From IMG/VR virus record IMGVR_UViG_3300007171_000004, positions 128,001-192,000 of that record: a stretch of DNA of 64,000 nt. One strand, 5' to 3'. Source of the stretch: a virus (Duplodnaviria > Caudoviricetes). Of the stretch, positions 1-11,900 are shown in pieces. The first letter of the stretch is position 1. Every line of letters begins with the position of its first letter. The position numbers were made by a program, and so were the translations under genes. The notes below the pieces were generated by a model, which was given only the letters and a program-made list of their open reading frames with translations, had not been told where the DNA came from and did no database searches.

Positions 1-3000
1 TCCAGAAACAGGTTTGAATGTTTGTGCAAGGTATCCAGCATTGAATGAAGTTGCATTGCTAATTGTTGATGAAAATTCTACCGGATAAGCGTTAAATTCA
101 TTTGGATTACCAGCTAAATACCATGTATCACCATCGTCAGTAGAATACCATAAGCCATTTTCTGTACCAGCTAAAATAACTTGCTTAGTTACGGATACAG
201 CATTTTCAGTATATGTAGATGAGAAATTAACAAGCGAATAGACACTAACTCTGCCACCTAAAATTCTCTCACACTTCTCAAAAGTACTTCCTTCATTTAA
301 AGATCTATAAACACCATCATTTGTTCCGATAAATATTTTGCTTTTACCAGGAGTACCAGCAGAAGTATAGAGACTATAACAATTACAACTTAGGCCAGAT
401 AAGAATGTATTTTCAGTTTCAAATGTCAATTCGTTTTCTGTTGGATCGCACCATCTCCAGTTTCTTACTTTCAAAAGACCATTAGATGTAAGAATAAACA
501 TAGGAACCGGAGCATTAGTAGAAGGAGGTGTTGCTAATGGTCTAAATATGTCATAAAATTTAACAGATTTAGTGCCTCCAAACATTTCTCTACCATCTAA
601 TAATGAAGAATATGCAGTGCCTCTATTACCGCTTGTGACCCCATATAAACCATCTTCAGCACAGATATATAAGGCATCAACTTTTGTCTGAACATTATTA
701 CCCTGAGAATCGACTGACATTCTAATGAATTGATCTTTATATAATCCATAAACATTCTTATTATCGACTAAATCATAATGGTCAGAAGTAAATGTTGTAG
801 AACCGCTAGGAATATTAATAAAAGCCAAACCATCTTCTTTTCCATAAGCTTCAAATGTACCACTAAACCATGAGCCAGAAGTATATGAGAATTGAGCTTG
901 GGTATACAAACTAGATTGCGACCAAAGAGTATTTTTATTCCACAATCCATTATCTGCACCTAATCTTAAAGTTGAACCGACACTTTTGAGATAATAGGTT
1001 CTAGAAGCATCGTTTAAATTTGAATCTAATACCCATTTTAATCCATCATAATTCCATACGCCAGCATCAGTGGCAATCTTCATATTAGTGCCTGATTTAG
1101 AAGGGTTATATATTGAATAGATTACTTTAGGATTATATGTTTGTTCATTTGCACTTGGTTCGTTTCCAGAATACGAGCTAGAGTCTGAAGCTCTGGTGTC
1201 ATAGATATTTGGGTTTAATGAACTTGCTAAAAGAGTCTTTACTAAACCTCTTTCATCTTCTCCTAATGTTGGACTTTCGGAAAAATTCTTAAAAATGTCA
1301 CCCAAGGTAGTTTGAATATTTAAAGAAAGCTGCAGAGTATTAGCATTATCAACAGAACTTAAATGATATGTTTGTTTATTTTGATTTAAAGTTATTAGAT
1401 CTTCAATTCCCAAAACATTTTTAGTTGAAATTACATGAACAGTAGAGCCAGCAAAATAAATTACACTTGAAGATCTTGCATATGGTATAGTAATTTCATA
1501 AGATTCAGGGTCAACATTGATTGTAAATATCTCTTTGATTGTTGCTGATAATCTAATTTCAATTAATGTATTTGTGCTATTCAGTGCTGTTGGCTTATCC
1601 AGATAAATATTTAAGTCTTCTGGGTTAAAATCTTTCGATAATTTTGCAACAGGGCTTTCATCAATAACAAATGCTCTAATCTGCTCACCATGTGGATTAG
1701 TACCAACATTTGAAATATAAGCACCAGGCCTAGAAATAGTAACTTTAATAGAACTTTTATCGGCCTTAGACAGCGATGATAAGAATGAAATTTTCCCAGA
1801 AGTTGGATCTAAAGTATATGGGTAAACAGATGGCTTGTCCTTATAATAAACTACAACTGATGAGCCATTACCTGTCCAAGAATCTACATAAAAATCTACA
1901 TATTCTCTTTCATAAACAAATGCATCCCAAAGGTTTTTATTAATATCAAATGTTATAGCTTGATTAGATGCATTAACAGTATATCCTGATGTAATTTCCT
2001 CTAAAGTGTAAGCATCATAAATAGATAATTGATCAGTTGAGAAAAACTGGCTATAAGGTCTTTTCCAATTATCATAACTTAATGTATTGTCCCAAAGAGA
2101 TTGAGTAGAAACATATAATCCTCTGTCAGACCCTGCGTAAATTAATTCATAAGAACTACCAGACTGATTCAAAACATCGATACACTCAATTGTTCCATTA
2201 TAAGCATACCAATTCAAATTAGTACGAACCGGAGCTAAATAGTCAAATGTTTCAGTGATTTTTGAAATACCAATATTATGAGCTATGTAATAATTTGCAT
2301 ATCCAGATCTTTTGTCGATATCTTTAATAATTGATGATAGATTCTCGAAAATCTTGAATTTAAAAATCTTCCAATAATTAGCTTGTGTACCAAAGTTACC
2401 TACAGATGACTTTTCTAAAATCCATTCACTTGATCCATTAATTGTTCCCGAAGTAATGGTAACCTTTTTAGAAGATGTAAATGTATCAGCTGATCTTGTC
2501 CAAATTCTTGATGATGAATTGGTGCAAACATAAATACCATTTTCAATTGGATTTGTTTGATTTTTAACAAGAATTCTATTATTATTTGCAAGTGTAACTC
2601 CATCTACAATCTGAGGAGTTGAACCTGAAGTTAAATTTACATTTCCAGTTGTTGCTACTAAACAATCTGCATACGATGGAGTGGTTATAGCTAAAGGTTG
2701 ATACCAATTTGTAGAAGTATCAGTTGCCTCAAAGTATGCTGATTGAGTTATCCATGCAGCAGTATCAGTAGCCCATATAATATTATTTAAATTTTGATTT
2801 GCTACGCCATCCTGAATCCAATAAATATGTTTGACTATATCAGAAGAATATTTTTGAACTTCTCCATAATTTCCAATATAAAATCCATTATTTGCACCAA
2901 TAAAAAGTACATTTGAAAATGATTTAGTGGTTATTTTAGTTTCAGGATCAGTAGTTGTAGACATCAAGGTCATATCTAAAATAGAATTGACGCTTGAAAA

Positions 3001-5241
3001 AGTTGATGGTGAGCCGTTAGTATCCTTAATTCTAGAAAGCTTAGTCCAAACCCAATCTTGTTCAGTCTGACCTTCTAAAATTCTAACATAATATGCACCA
3101 AAATTAGTACCAATAACAATATTTGTGTACCATTTTTTAACAAGAAGAATACCTTGCTCAACTTCTTCCCATTGACTAGAAACTGAGAATGCATTTATTA
3201 CTACCGGTACTGTATTATTGCCTTCTATTGGGGATTTGATTACTGTCCATCCGATACCATTGTTAGATGATCTGTAAAGTTTACCATTAGAAGAAAGAAC
3301 ATAAATCCTCTTAAAATAATTAGTAAAATCATCAGCTTGAAGAATCTCATCTTGGACATCTTTGATATAGCCATTATCAATATTCCAAGAAGACATATAA
3401 GAATTATCAAGATATGTAGATGATTGCAAAAGACCAGTTTTTGTAGAAATTAACTTACTTTTGGATGTAAGATTCTTAGATGATCCCAAAAAATATAGCT
3501 TTGAATTGTATTGAAGATCATTACTAAGAACTTCAGGATAAAAAATAGTCTTATTGCCTTCAGAGAATAATCTTAAATTAGGTTTAGTAGAAGCAATTTC
3601 TTTATATCTATTTTGCCCAACATGATCGAGTTTAGCTATTCTTTTGCTGTTTAATTTACCTCTAGAGAAAGTGCTGGCATTAACATCCTTTATTCGTTTT
3701 CCCGATAATTTTGATTGAATTTCTCTACCTAAAGACTCTATCACTAAAGAAACATCAGACAAAGAGTAAGTTGAATAAGAAGGCAAGTTTAACGAAAAAA
3801 CAATTGTGCCTTGATTTGAATTGATAGTATAAAATTTAGGATCAATTAATATATCTTTTAAATAAACTGATGCTGGGTGATAATAGAGATCAGACCATGA
3901 AAAAGTCTTATAGGTTGTTTGATTATTAACTGTTTGTGTACTGCCATCAGTTAATTTAATAACTCCTGAAAATGCAGTAGTTTCATCGGTATTTGGAAAT
4001 AGATATTTTTGAGTTGACAATGGAAGTACTAATTGAAGTACATTTCCTGTCTCTAAACTATTTTTAAGAAAAATTCTTCCCGTTGTCGGGCTTAATGTAT
4101 ATTCAGTTTCATCAAGTTTTATATTATTCAAACGAACTTCTGGTAAACCATAATTTGTTGAAGACCAGATAAAATTACTTCTTTGAGATAATGGCAAATC
4201 AGATTGAACTTTAACATCAAAGATCGTAGATGATGTAGGGGCATAACAATCTAAAATTAATTGAGTCGATAATAAGATTTTAGAAGGTGTATCGGAATTG
4301 CCTAAGTGGACATGCCTATAAAAAGCCTTATTTAAAGCATCCTCTAATGCAGAAGCTAAATTTTTAAGATTATTTCTTCTTTCACCATATTCAATTGAGT
4401 AGATTGTAGAAATACCAGTTGTAGGATCCGAAGTAAATGTAACATCTGCAAGATATGTAGCTTCTGAAATACTATCATAAAATTCATTATCAACGGAGAC
4501 AATTGCACAAATGCCTTCAGAATTTAAACATAAACTTTTGTCAGCCCAAACATAATAAATACTTTCAGCTTGATGTCTAATATAAGAAGTTTCATATGTT
4601 CTTGCTGAAAATAAATCTACAATTCCATATCCTGGCGTTACTCTAATTACTTGTTTAAAAGCATCTTCAAAGTAAATACTTGTGGAACCAACAACCACTC
4701 CAGATATAGGTGGACTAGACATAACCCACACAGTATCAGAATATACATTTCCTTCACCTACTAAAACAATAAAATTTGAAACAAAATCTACGGGTGAATT
4801 TAGCTCATCAGATCTTGTCCAAGCCCCAGCAGAAACAGTGTAAATTCCGTTCTGAGATGCTGTCGATTGATTCTTTACTAAGACTTTGTCACCAGAAATT
4901 AAAACAACATTATCTATTGTAAGCAAACCTGATAAACTTATTATGTTTTCTGTTGTAGCTGCTCTTACTTGAACATCTGGTCTCAAACCTAATGCTAAAT
5001 ATCTCTGTCCTAATTCTGAATCTGGATCATTTCGCCATGCTGATATTAATGATTTCTGTTCTAAAATATAGTCAGATAATTTAGTTACTTCCCAGCCTTC
5101 AATAATTCCAGTTCCAATAAATTTATATAAGCCCTGCAATTGATTTTCAGCAGTAAGCATATTTTCATAATCGTAACCTGGATACCATTTATCTCCTAAT
5201 TCAAGATAGAGATACTTATAAATACTGGTTCGTTTTGACAT
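1..5241 (-). CDS. Giant tail fibre/baseplate-associated protein, 3'-truncated by the window edge (at least 1747 aa); absent from the ORF track
   Basis: ATG at 5241, 2 nt after the stop of the upstream gene. Hand translation begins MSKRTSIYKYLYLELGDKWYPGYDYEN and the frame is still open at base 1 (...FNAGYLAQTFKPVSG). N-terminus is paralogous to 16770-20606; contains two ATT..GD.VLVK.Q..NG.Y modules and beta-propeller-like repeats. Confidence 0.8.
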   Translation of the reverse strand, partial: MSKRTSIYKYLYLELGDKWYPGYDYENMLTAENQLQGLYKFIGTGIIEGWEVTKLSDYILEQKSLISAWRNDPDSELGQRYLALGLRPDVQVRAATTENIISLSGLLTIDNVVLISGDKVLVKNQSTASQNGIYTVSAGAWTRSDELNSPVDFVSNFIVLVGEGNVYSDTVWVMSSPPISGVVVGSTSIYFEDAFKQVIRVTPGYGIVDLFSARTYETSYIRHQAESIYYVWADKSLCLNSEGICAIVSVDNEFYDSISEATYLADVTFTSDPTTGISTIYSIEYGERRNNLKNLASALEDALNKAFYRHVHLGNSDTPSKILLSTQLILDCYAPTSSTIFDVKVQSDLPLSQRSNFIWSSTNYGLPEVRLNNIKLDETEYTLSPTTGRIFLKNSLETGNVLQLVLPLSTQKYLFPNTDETTAFSGVIKLTDGSTQTVNNQTTYKTFSWSDLYYHPASVYLKDILIDPKFYTINSNQGTIVFSLNLPSYSTYSLSDVSLVIESLGREIQSKLSGKRIKDVNASTFSRGKLNSKRIAKLDHVGQNRYKEIASTKPNLRLFSEGNKTIFYPEVLSNDLQYNSKLYFLGSSKNLTSKSKLISTKTGLLQSSTYLDNSYMSSWNIDNGYIKDVQDEILQADDFTNYFKRIYVLSSNGKLYRSSNNGIGWTVIKSPIEGNNTVPVVINAFSVSSQWEEVEQGILLVKKWYTNIVIGTNFGAYYVRILEGQTEQDWVWTKLSRIKDTNGSPSTFSSVNSILDMTLMSTTTDPETKITTKSFSNVLFIGANNGFYIGNYGEVQKYSSDIVKHIYWIQDGVANQNLNNIIWATDTAAWITQSAYFEATDTSTNWYQPLAITTPSYADCLVATTGNVNLTSGSTPQIVDGVTLANNNRILVKNQTNPIENGIYVCTNSSSRIWTRSADTFTSSKKVTITSGTINGSSEWILEKSSVGNFGTQANYWKIFKFKIFENLSSIIKDIDKRSGYANYYIAHNIGISKITETFDYLAPVRTNLNWYAYNGTIECIDVLNQSGSSYELIYAGSDRGLYVSTQSLWDNTLSYDNWKRPYSQFFSTDQLSIYDAYTLEEITSGYTVNASNQAITFDINKNLWDAFVYEREYVDFYVDSWTGNGSSVVVYYKDKPSVYPYTLDPTSGKISFLSSLSKADKSSIKVTISRPGAYISNVGTNPHGEQIRAFVIDESPVAKLSKDFNPEDLNIYLDKPTALNSTNTLIEIRLSATIKEIFTINVDPESYEITIPYARSSSVIYFAGSTVHVISTKNVLGIEDLITLNQNKQTYHLSSVDNANTLQLSLNIQTTLGDIFKNFSESPTLGEDERGLVKTLLASSLNPNIYDTRASDSSSYSGNEPSANEQTYNPKVIYSIYNPSKSGTNMKIATDAGVWNYDGLKWVLDSNLNDASRTYYLKSVGSTLRLGADNGLWNKNTLWSQSSLYTQAQFSYTSGSWFSGTFEAYGKEDGLAFINIPSGSTTFTSDHYDLVDNKNVYGLYKDQFIRMSVDSQGNNVQTKVDALYICAEDGLYGVTSGNRGTAYSSLLDGREMFGGTKSVKFYDIFRPLATPPSTNAPVPMFILTSNGLLKVRNWRWCDPTENELTFETENTFLSGLSCNCYSLYTSAGTPGKSKIFIGTNDGVYRSLNEGSTFEKCERILGGRVSVYSLVNFSSTYTENAVSVTKQVILAGTENGLWYSTDDGDTWYLAGNPNEFNAYPVEFSSTISNATSFNAGYLAQTFKPVSG

Positions 5242-5243
5242 TA

Positions 5244-8200
5244 TTAATCCATGAATTTAAGGTCTTCTTCACCCAAGTCAAGTTGTACCGCAAAATCGTT
5301 TACAATCGCTGGTGTTAAGCCTACAGATACAAATAGAATTCCAAACCTAATCTTTGATGCTGGTTCAGAAATTTCAAAGACTTTATTTGGTTCGATGATG
5401 GTATAACTATTGAAATCAAATGAAGCTACAGCATCACTGTTTGTAGTATATCCATATACTATTCTTCCACCATTTGGTATCTCATTACTTGTTAAAAGAC
5501 CTCTTCTAAATTCAGGAGATACTGTCGATAAAGATTCAACACTTGTATCAAATAATTTAGTAAAGAAATAAGATGAATTTGCAGCAATATAAGAAAAACT
5601 TACACCTCTCAATATTGGAGTAGAATTTGGAGAAGATGATACTAATTCTGCCTTAAATTGCATCCATTTACCTGTGATTGTCGAAATATCATAAGTGCCA
5701 ATATGAACACCTGCATTGGCACTATTGCCAATAGTTCCGTAAGAATATGGATCTCCCCAATCAGTAGAGAGTAATCCGCTCTCTGTATCAGAACTCCTCA
5801 AGTAAATTCTAATTTCTGTACCATAATCTAAGCCTGAATCTATTGCCAAGCCAGCTGGTGTCGTAGTATATACTACTAAATCATCCCATCTTGTTAATGT
5901 GGAAATATAAAATGGCTCTGTTGTGTAAAAACCTGATACTGAAATTTTTCTATCTGGCGCATATAAAGGTGAAATATCTTTTGAAACAAATGTTGCTTTA
6001 AGATTCTTGTCAGTACCAACTTGATAAATTTTTCCTTGAGAAATTGAAATTGTTGTAGTTCCTGTTGTAACTGTCGGGTTGCCTAGCTTAATATTGTCAT
6101 AGATATATATATTTTTTTCATATTGATTATTATTTAAATTGACTAAGCTAGGATTTGATGAATGATAATTTCCAGCCAAATCTTTCAATCTAACAAAAAC
6201 TTCTTTGCTTGAACCAGTTACTGAGGAAGAATCGAATTCATAGACGAATCCATCTTTAAATGTCGCATATGTATTTGTTGAGAATCTAAAGATATCTGAA
6301 GCTGAATTTCTTCTAAATAAATTAGTATTTGGGATTACAACATATGTACTTCCATTTGATAGCTTCCATGCTAATTCAATAGAAGGAGTTGAAACTGTAT
6401 CCACGAATCCAATAATTTTAATTTTTGTTAATTTAGTACTTATTAAAGATTTAGTAAAAACAGTGTTACTTACTACAGTTTTATTTGTCCAAGAATCTGC
6501 TACTAAAATATCATCCAAATAAACTCTAGCTCCAATATTTGTAGCCAATCTAAAATCATAAGAATCAGATTGATCAGATTTGATATAACCTTCAATTGTG
6601 ATATTATAATATGAAGTAGATGATAATGGGTTAGTATCTAGATTTGTAAAATTAATATTGTTTGCAAAAACAGAAATTTTTTGAATATAGTTATCAAAAA
6701 GCTTATATGAATCTAGTGTAGAAGATCGATATGTAATATCAATACCATTATTATTAGAATCTGGATATGCAACAGAACTAAAAGATTTATCAGATAACTT
6801 GTAACCAATAGCTTCTTTATCCGCAGTAAACCATACATATCCGCCAGTTAAATCGTCATTAATTCCGTAAAAATACCCATTATCAGTTTCATACAATCTG
6901 CTCCAAGAGACTGGTTTGTTATTAGTGTCAAATGATAATGAATAAATATCTCCAGTTCTAAATCCTGCAAAAACTAGATTAGCTGCCGAAGAATAATATA
7001 AAACATCAATTTGATCATAATCAGACTGAAGAGCTAAAGACCAATCTCTGTTATCAAATTTATAAACAGCTGCATCTCCGAACCCATCTTTTCCACTTAA
7101 ACCAACATATAAATTTGCATAAGCAGCTGTTAAAGTAGAAACTTCTAACTCGACAAATTCTTTTCTTTTATCAATAGAAGTTCCACTCCATGAATACACA
7201 GCAGCCTTAAAGGTTTGATTTGAACGTGTACCTATCCAAAGCATGCCCCTATATGAAGCTAAAGATGTAATAGGAAGAGTATATATTGGTGTTGAGTCCA
7301 AGGAAGACACTGGTGGATTGATATATGCCCATGAAGTTCCTGATGCTGATTCATAAACAAGACCATTATTTGTTCCAGCATATAGCTTGCCATTATGATT
7401 TACCAAACTTGTAATTTCAACGTTTGCAGCTAATGTTAATACAGTTGATAAAACATCGCTTGAATAATTATAAATTTTATTATTTGCAACAGATACAATT
7501 TTAGATCCAAAAGCCAAAGATTTAGTAAAGGGACTATCAGATGATGTAGCTTTTTCTGTCCAAATTCTAGGAGTATTAGAAAGTAACCAATCAAAAGTTG
7601 AAATGCCTTCTTCAAAGCTTACCCAACCCTCAAGATCAGCAGATGGAAAATCTGTTACATCTCTAAAGTCTGAATAATGAGATGCTTGAAAACTTGAAAT
7701 TCCAGAGAGATCATCATATCCTGAAATTGTAATCTTTCCTAAATTAGAACCTGCATAATAATCGCCTCTATATGAAATTCTAACATTTGAAATTTGAACA
7801 GGATCTTTAAACGTATACTTCAAAAAATCATAAGAGTATGGATCAGCAATAGTTCTATAAACGGATAACCAATCAGAATCTGGAGTCAATTTAACTTCCA
7901 CAGAATATTGCTTAGGTGTCGATGCTGTTGCTCCAATAATCATAGACGCAACTGAAGGATATGTAGCAACGCCTTGACTAGAAACTGAAATTGGATCAAA
8001 AGATTTGTTTAAATATTGAACTCCACCATAACCAATAATTTCATAAGAACTTTCATTTTCAGAACCACCAAAATTATTAGCAACTCTAATTGGATTATCT
8101 AACATATCATAAGCAACTGTAGTATCAGACAAGGAAGATGAATTTTCTCCTTCTAAAATGTAGTATGCTCTACCAGAACTTTTTTGCCATGTAAGGTTAT

Positions 8201-8900
8201 CAGAAGAATATGCAAAATTATTATTAGAATCTGTTTGAGAAGCTATGTAAATACTAGCGTTATCTGAAGTCGGAGGAAATACTTCAATTTCAATTACAAA
8301 CCAATATTTAGTTGATTGAGACAGAGTATATACTACATCAAATTTATAATCTGCCAAAGTGTCTGTCAGAGTCGCAAATGTAAATGAAGAAGATGATGTT
8401 GCAATAATACTACTTGGATTACCGGCACTATCAGAGTAAATGTAAAACTTAAATCCATTTGCAGTGTTAGAAATTGTGCCGCTTTTCTTTAACTTTACTG
8501 TTACAGATTTAATTTCTTGCTCTATATTTGGTGTATAACTCCAGGCTTCATATCTCTTAGTTAAAGTTCTTACATTAGTGGTTGTGTTGTCGGAAGATGA
8601 AGAAGAAGCAAATGCAGAAAATTGATGTACGAATATACCACCAGAATCTTCATTTTGATTAATAATAACATATCCTTGGGGAGCTTTGGTATCAAGAAAA
8701 ACGCTAGCTTTAGGATATGTGTATGCTTTCTCAAGAACTTCGCATTTTGGAAGTGCAGATGGAGAGTCTATCCAACTATAAATATCAAAAAAGTTGCTTG
8801 GTTGAACAGTTAATGTAGATACTTCATTTATCTCAGGTGTAGAAGTAATATTTACATCTTTAGCTTTTTTGGACTTTCTGGTTTTCTTATCTTGAGACAT
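5244..8900 (-). CDS. Multidomain tail/baseplate protein (carbohydrate-binding-like beta-sandwich, beta-propeller, PA14-like domain)
   Basis: Long ORF. ATG at 8900, 1 nt after the upstream TAA, preferred over the track's TTG at 8909. PA14-like EGYIKSDQSDSYDFRLATNIGARVYLDD; propeller blades ITSLVNHNGKLYAGT and ITSLASYRGMLWIGT. Confidence 0.7.
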   Translation of the reverse strand: MSQDKKTRKSKKAKDVNITSTPEINEVSTLTVQPSNFFDIYSWIDSPSALPKCEVLEKAYTYPKASVFLDTKAPQGYVIINQNEDSGGIFVHQFSAFASSSSSDNTTTNVRTLTKRYEAWSYTPNIEQEIKSVTVKLKKSGTISNTANGFKFYIYSDSAGNPSSIIATSSSSFTFATLTDTLADYKFDVVYTLSQSTKYWFVIEIEVFPPTSDNASIYIASQTDSNNNFAYSSDNLTWQKSSGRAYYILEGENSSSLSDTTVAYDMLDNPIRVANNFGGSENESSYEIIGYGGVQYLNKSFDPISVSSQGVATYPSVASMIIGATASTPKQYSVEVKLTPDSDWLSVYRTIADPYSYDFLKYTFKDPVQISNVRISYRGDYYAGSNLGKITISGYDDLSGISSFQASHYSDFRDVTDFPSADLEGWVSFEEGISTFDWLLSNTPRIWTEKATSSDSPFTKSLAFGSKIVSVANNKIYNYSSDVLSTVLTLAANVEITSLVNHNGKLYAGTNNGLVYESASGTSWAYINPPVSSLDSTPIYTLPITSLASYRGMLWIGTRSNQTFKAAVYSWSGTSIDKRKEFVELEVSTLTAAYANLYVGLSGKDGFGDAAVYKFDNRDWSLALQSDYDQIDVLYYSSAANLVFAGFRTGDIYSLSFDTNNKPVSWSRLYETDNGYFYGINDDLTGGYVWFTADKEAIGYKLSDKSFSSVAYPDSNNNGIDITYRSSTLDSYKLFDNYIQKISVFANNINFTNLDTNPLSSTSYYNITIEGYIKSDQSDSYDFRLATNIGARVYLDDILVADSWTNKTVVSNTVFTKSLISTKLTKIKIIGFVDTVSTPSIELAWKLSNGSTYVVIPNTNLFRRNSASDIFRFSTNTYATFKDGFVYEFDSSSVTGSSKEVFVRLKDLAGNYHSSNPSLVNLNNNQYEKNIYIYDNIKLGNPTVTTGTTTISISQGKIYQVGTDKNLKATFVSKDISPLYAPDRKISVSGFYTTEPFYISTLTRWDDLVVYTTTPAGLAIDSGLDYGTEIRIYLRSSDTESGLLSTDWGDPYSYGTIGNSANAGVHIGTYDISTITGKWMQFKAELVSSSPNSTPILRGVSFSYIAANSSYFFTKLFDTSVESLSTVSPEFRRGLLTSNEIPNGGRIVYGYTTNSDAVASFDFNSYTIIEPNKVFEISEPASKIRFGILFVSVGLTPAIVNDFAVQLDLGEEDLKFMD

Positions 8901-8901
8901 A

Positions 8902-11900
8902 TTAGACAATTATGCTTTCGTATTGACCTGACACAACTAAAATATTATTGTGAGTTATTGCTAATAAAGGTCTGATCATACCCTTGGTGTCATTATTAAT
9001 AATTTCCCTAGCTACAACTCCATCTTCCTGTACCCAAATTTCTTTTTCTGCAATATATTTGAATGTTTTACTCATTCTATCAATTGGATTATCAGATAAT
9101 CTTGTTGTTAATAATCCATCAGTCAAAGCATAAAGAGTACCTAAATGATGCACTAGTTTTTGTACACCGCCAGTAGAAGGGAATCTCCATGTCAAATGGA
9201 AATCATCAATTTTCTTAGTTGATGGAGATAAAGATTCACCATACAAGAAATTTAAATGTCCATAAATAAACTTTGAAGCTGCTTCGTTATAATCAATTTT
9301 ACCTAATTTAATATATTCAGCACTGTTTTTTGATACCAAACAATTAACCTTACTAAATACTGGATTTACATTGCCACCATACCAAATCTTTAAATCTCTA
9401 TTTTCTACACCTATTCTAATAGATGTAGGATTTTGAGTAATAGAATTTGGTAAATCGTTGTCATAAATCATAACATAATCTACGTAGATATTATTAGGCC
9501 TTAGATTCTCTTCAAAATTAGCAAATTCAAAAGCCAAGTAGTTAACTTCGCCATTCCATGATGGAGAGAATTCATAAGTGTAATATTTTGCAGATTTGTT
9601 CTCAAGAGGAACTTCGCAATAATTTAAATCTTGCTTAGAATGGGATGACCAATACATTCTGATTTTTGCTTCTGATGCATTTTCATACAGAGGAGTATTG
9701 TAAACTAATCTCAACTTAATTTTAACTCTAGTTGTTTCATCTACAATCATAGTTTTAGAAGTTGTTAATGATTGAGTAGTAAAATCAGAACTAAATAAAT
9801 CAGTATTGGACCAGAAGATAAATGGGTTTCCATAATTAAAACTGGAATCTAATTGAACATTTAAATACTGCTCATTACCAGCACTAACAGGAGTACCCGC
9901 TTTCTTATTATCTCCAACAGGTACTACATATTTTCCAGCAAACCAATCTTCATTAATTGCTGTAGAATTTGTTGTCTCCCAATAAGGGCCAGTATCTTCT
10001 GTATTGTTATTTGAAAAACTCCAAATCTTGATGATATTTGATTTTTGAATTCCATTAATTGTTGGGTAGTAAGAAATCTCAGAAGTGGTTGTTCCATTTT
10101 CAAGATACATTTTTGTAGAATCGTATCTTAAAGTATAATTATAAAAACCATCTGAAACCTCAATTGCTTGTTTGCCTGTACCAGAGACATGCTGTAGATC
10201 TAAATCAATAGTGTATTTATATTTATCAAAAATAAATGATCCAGTAGCAAATGTATAATCTGCAGCAGGTTGTAAAATCCATAAAGATTTGGTATTTCTA
10301 GTGCCATAATCAACATTAATTGCCCAACCTGCAGTAATATTAGATGCACCTGTGGAAAAAGCCGAATCTCTTACCCAGCTAGTCGAGGAAACTACATATA
10401 GTCCATTTTCATTTGGATTAGTTTGATTTTTAACAAGAACTATATCACCAATGCTTAATAAAATTCCATCAATTGTTTGAGTACCTGATAAAGTAATTAA
10501 CTCTGTAGTTGCAACCTTAGCATTATATGGATTAGTGTAAATTGGCTTCAAAGAATTACATAAATATTCCCAGTCACTTCCAGAATCAAAAGAAAATAAT
10601 GCTGTTGAAGAAGATGTAGTGTCTAAAGCAATATAATTTCTAATAGATCCAATATAATTATCATCTATAATTGGACTATAAGATAATGCAGAAGAAGATC
10701 TTTGTGTAGAATTTCCTAAATAACTTGTTGAAGAGCTAAAATAATATTGAGCAGGATAAGGATCTCTAGCAAAAACTTCATCAAACTCAACTTGCATCCA
10801 TTTATCAACATTAGATGGATTTAATACACTTGTCTCAACATAACTATAAATTTCAGGTCTTCCATCTAAACCAGCTAAAACTTGATTATCAGATGCAGCT
10901 AAAGCCCTAACTGCTGGCAATGATGTTTCACTTAATCCTAAGTTTTGATTAATTAATAAAGTGCTAGTAACTAACTCTGATTCGAGTCCTAATTCATTAA
11001 TAAATCTTTCATATCTGACCATTTTAGAAGATCTACAGCCAACAAATATTTTATTGAATGCAGAAACTAATGACATTGCACCACCAGAAGTTAATGCTAA
11101 ATCTCCTGTGTTGCCAACCTGTAACCAAGAAGCATTACTTGAAATTTCAGTAAGTTTTGATCTAAATAATCTTGGTTTTTTGTCAGTAGAAACATAAACA
11201 TAATACTCAGATTCATGTAAATACTGATGAATTAAAATTGATGTAATGGGCAAAGCAATACCATCAAAAGCTGTAAATATTGGTCCTGTTAACTTACTAC
11301 CATCATATAAATAAACTGAGCCTTTACTTGTGCCTAAAATAATCCCATTTGCATATGATTTGACAGCTGTGATACAAATTTCTCCATAATGCCCAAGATC
11401 TAAAGCTTTTTTGAATACATTGTCATCCCACGAATAAAGAATAGCGGAGTTCCTTGTAACTGTACATGTAATTTGCACTCCTAAAGGTATCGCTGAAGCA
11501 AATACAATGAGTCCAGAAGATGGATCAACTACATAAGAAAGTGCAGTTCCATTAATAACAATAGTATCGTTTGTTCTAGCTGATAAAATTCTTCCTGTAG
11601 TATTAGACTTGATATAAAATGCAGTTCTAGCTACATAATTACCATTAGTAGATTCAATTAAACTCATATTCAAATACTGAGTTTGTTTAGTACCTCCGAA
11701 GAATAAGGTTTCAGAATACACTCCTGTTTTTTGCCAAGAATCTGCACTTACGAAAACAATTCCTCTTGAACTAGCTTCATATAGTTTACTCCAGATATTT
11801 TCCTGAAGAGATATATTATTTCCATAGTCTCTTAATTGAAATTGCAAACTCTTTCTACCATCACCGGAAGATAATGAAAAATTATTAATATTCTTATATG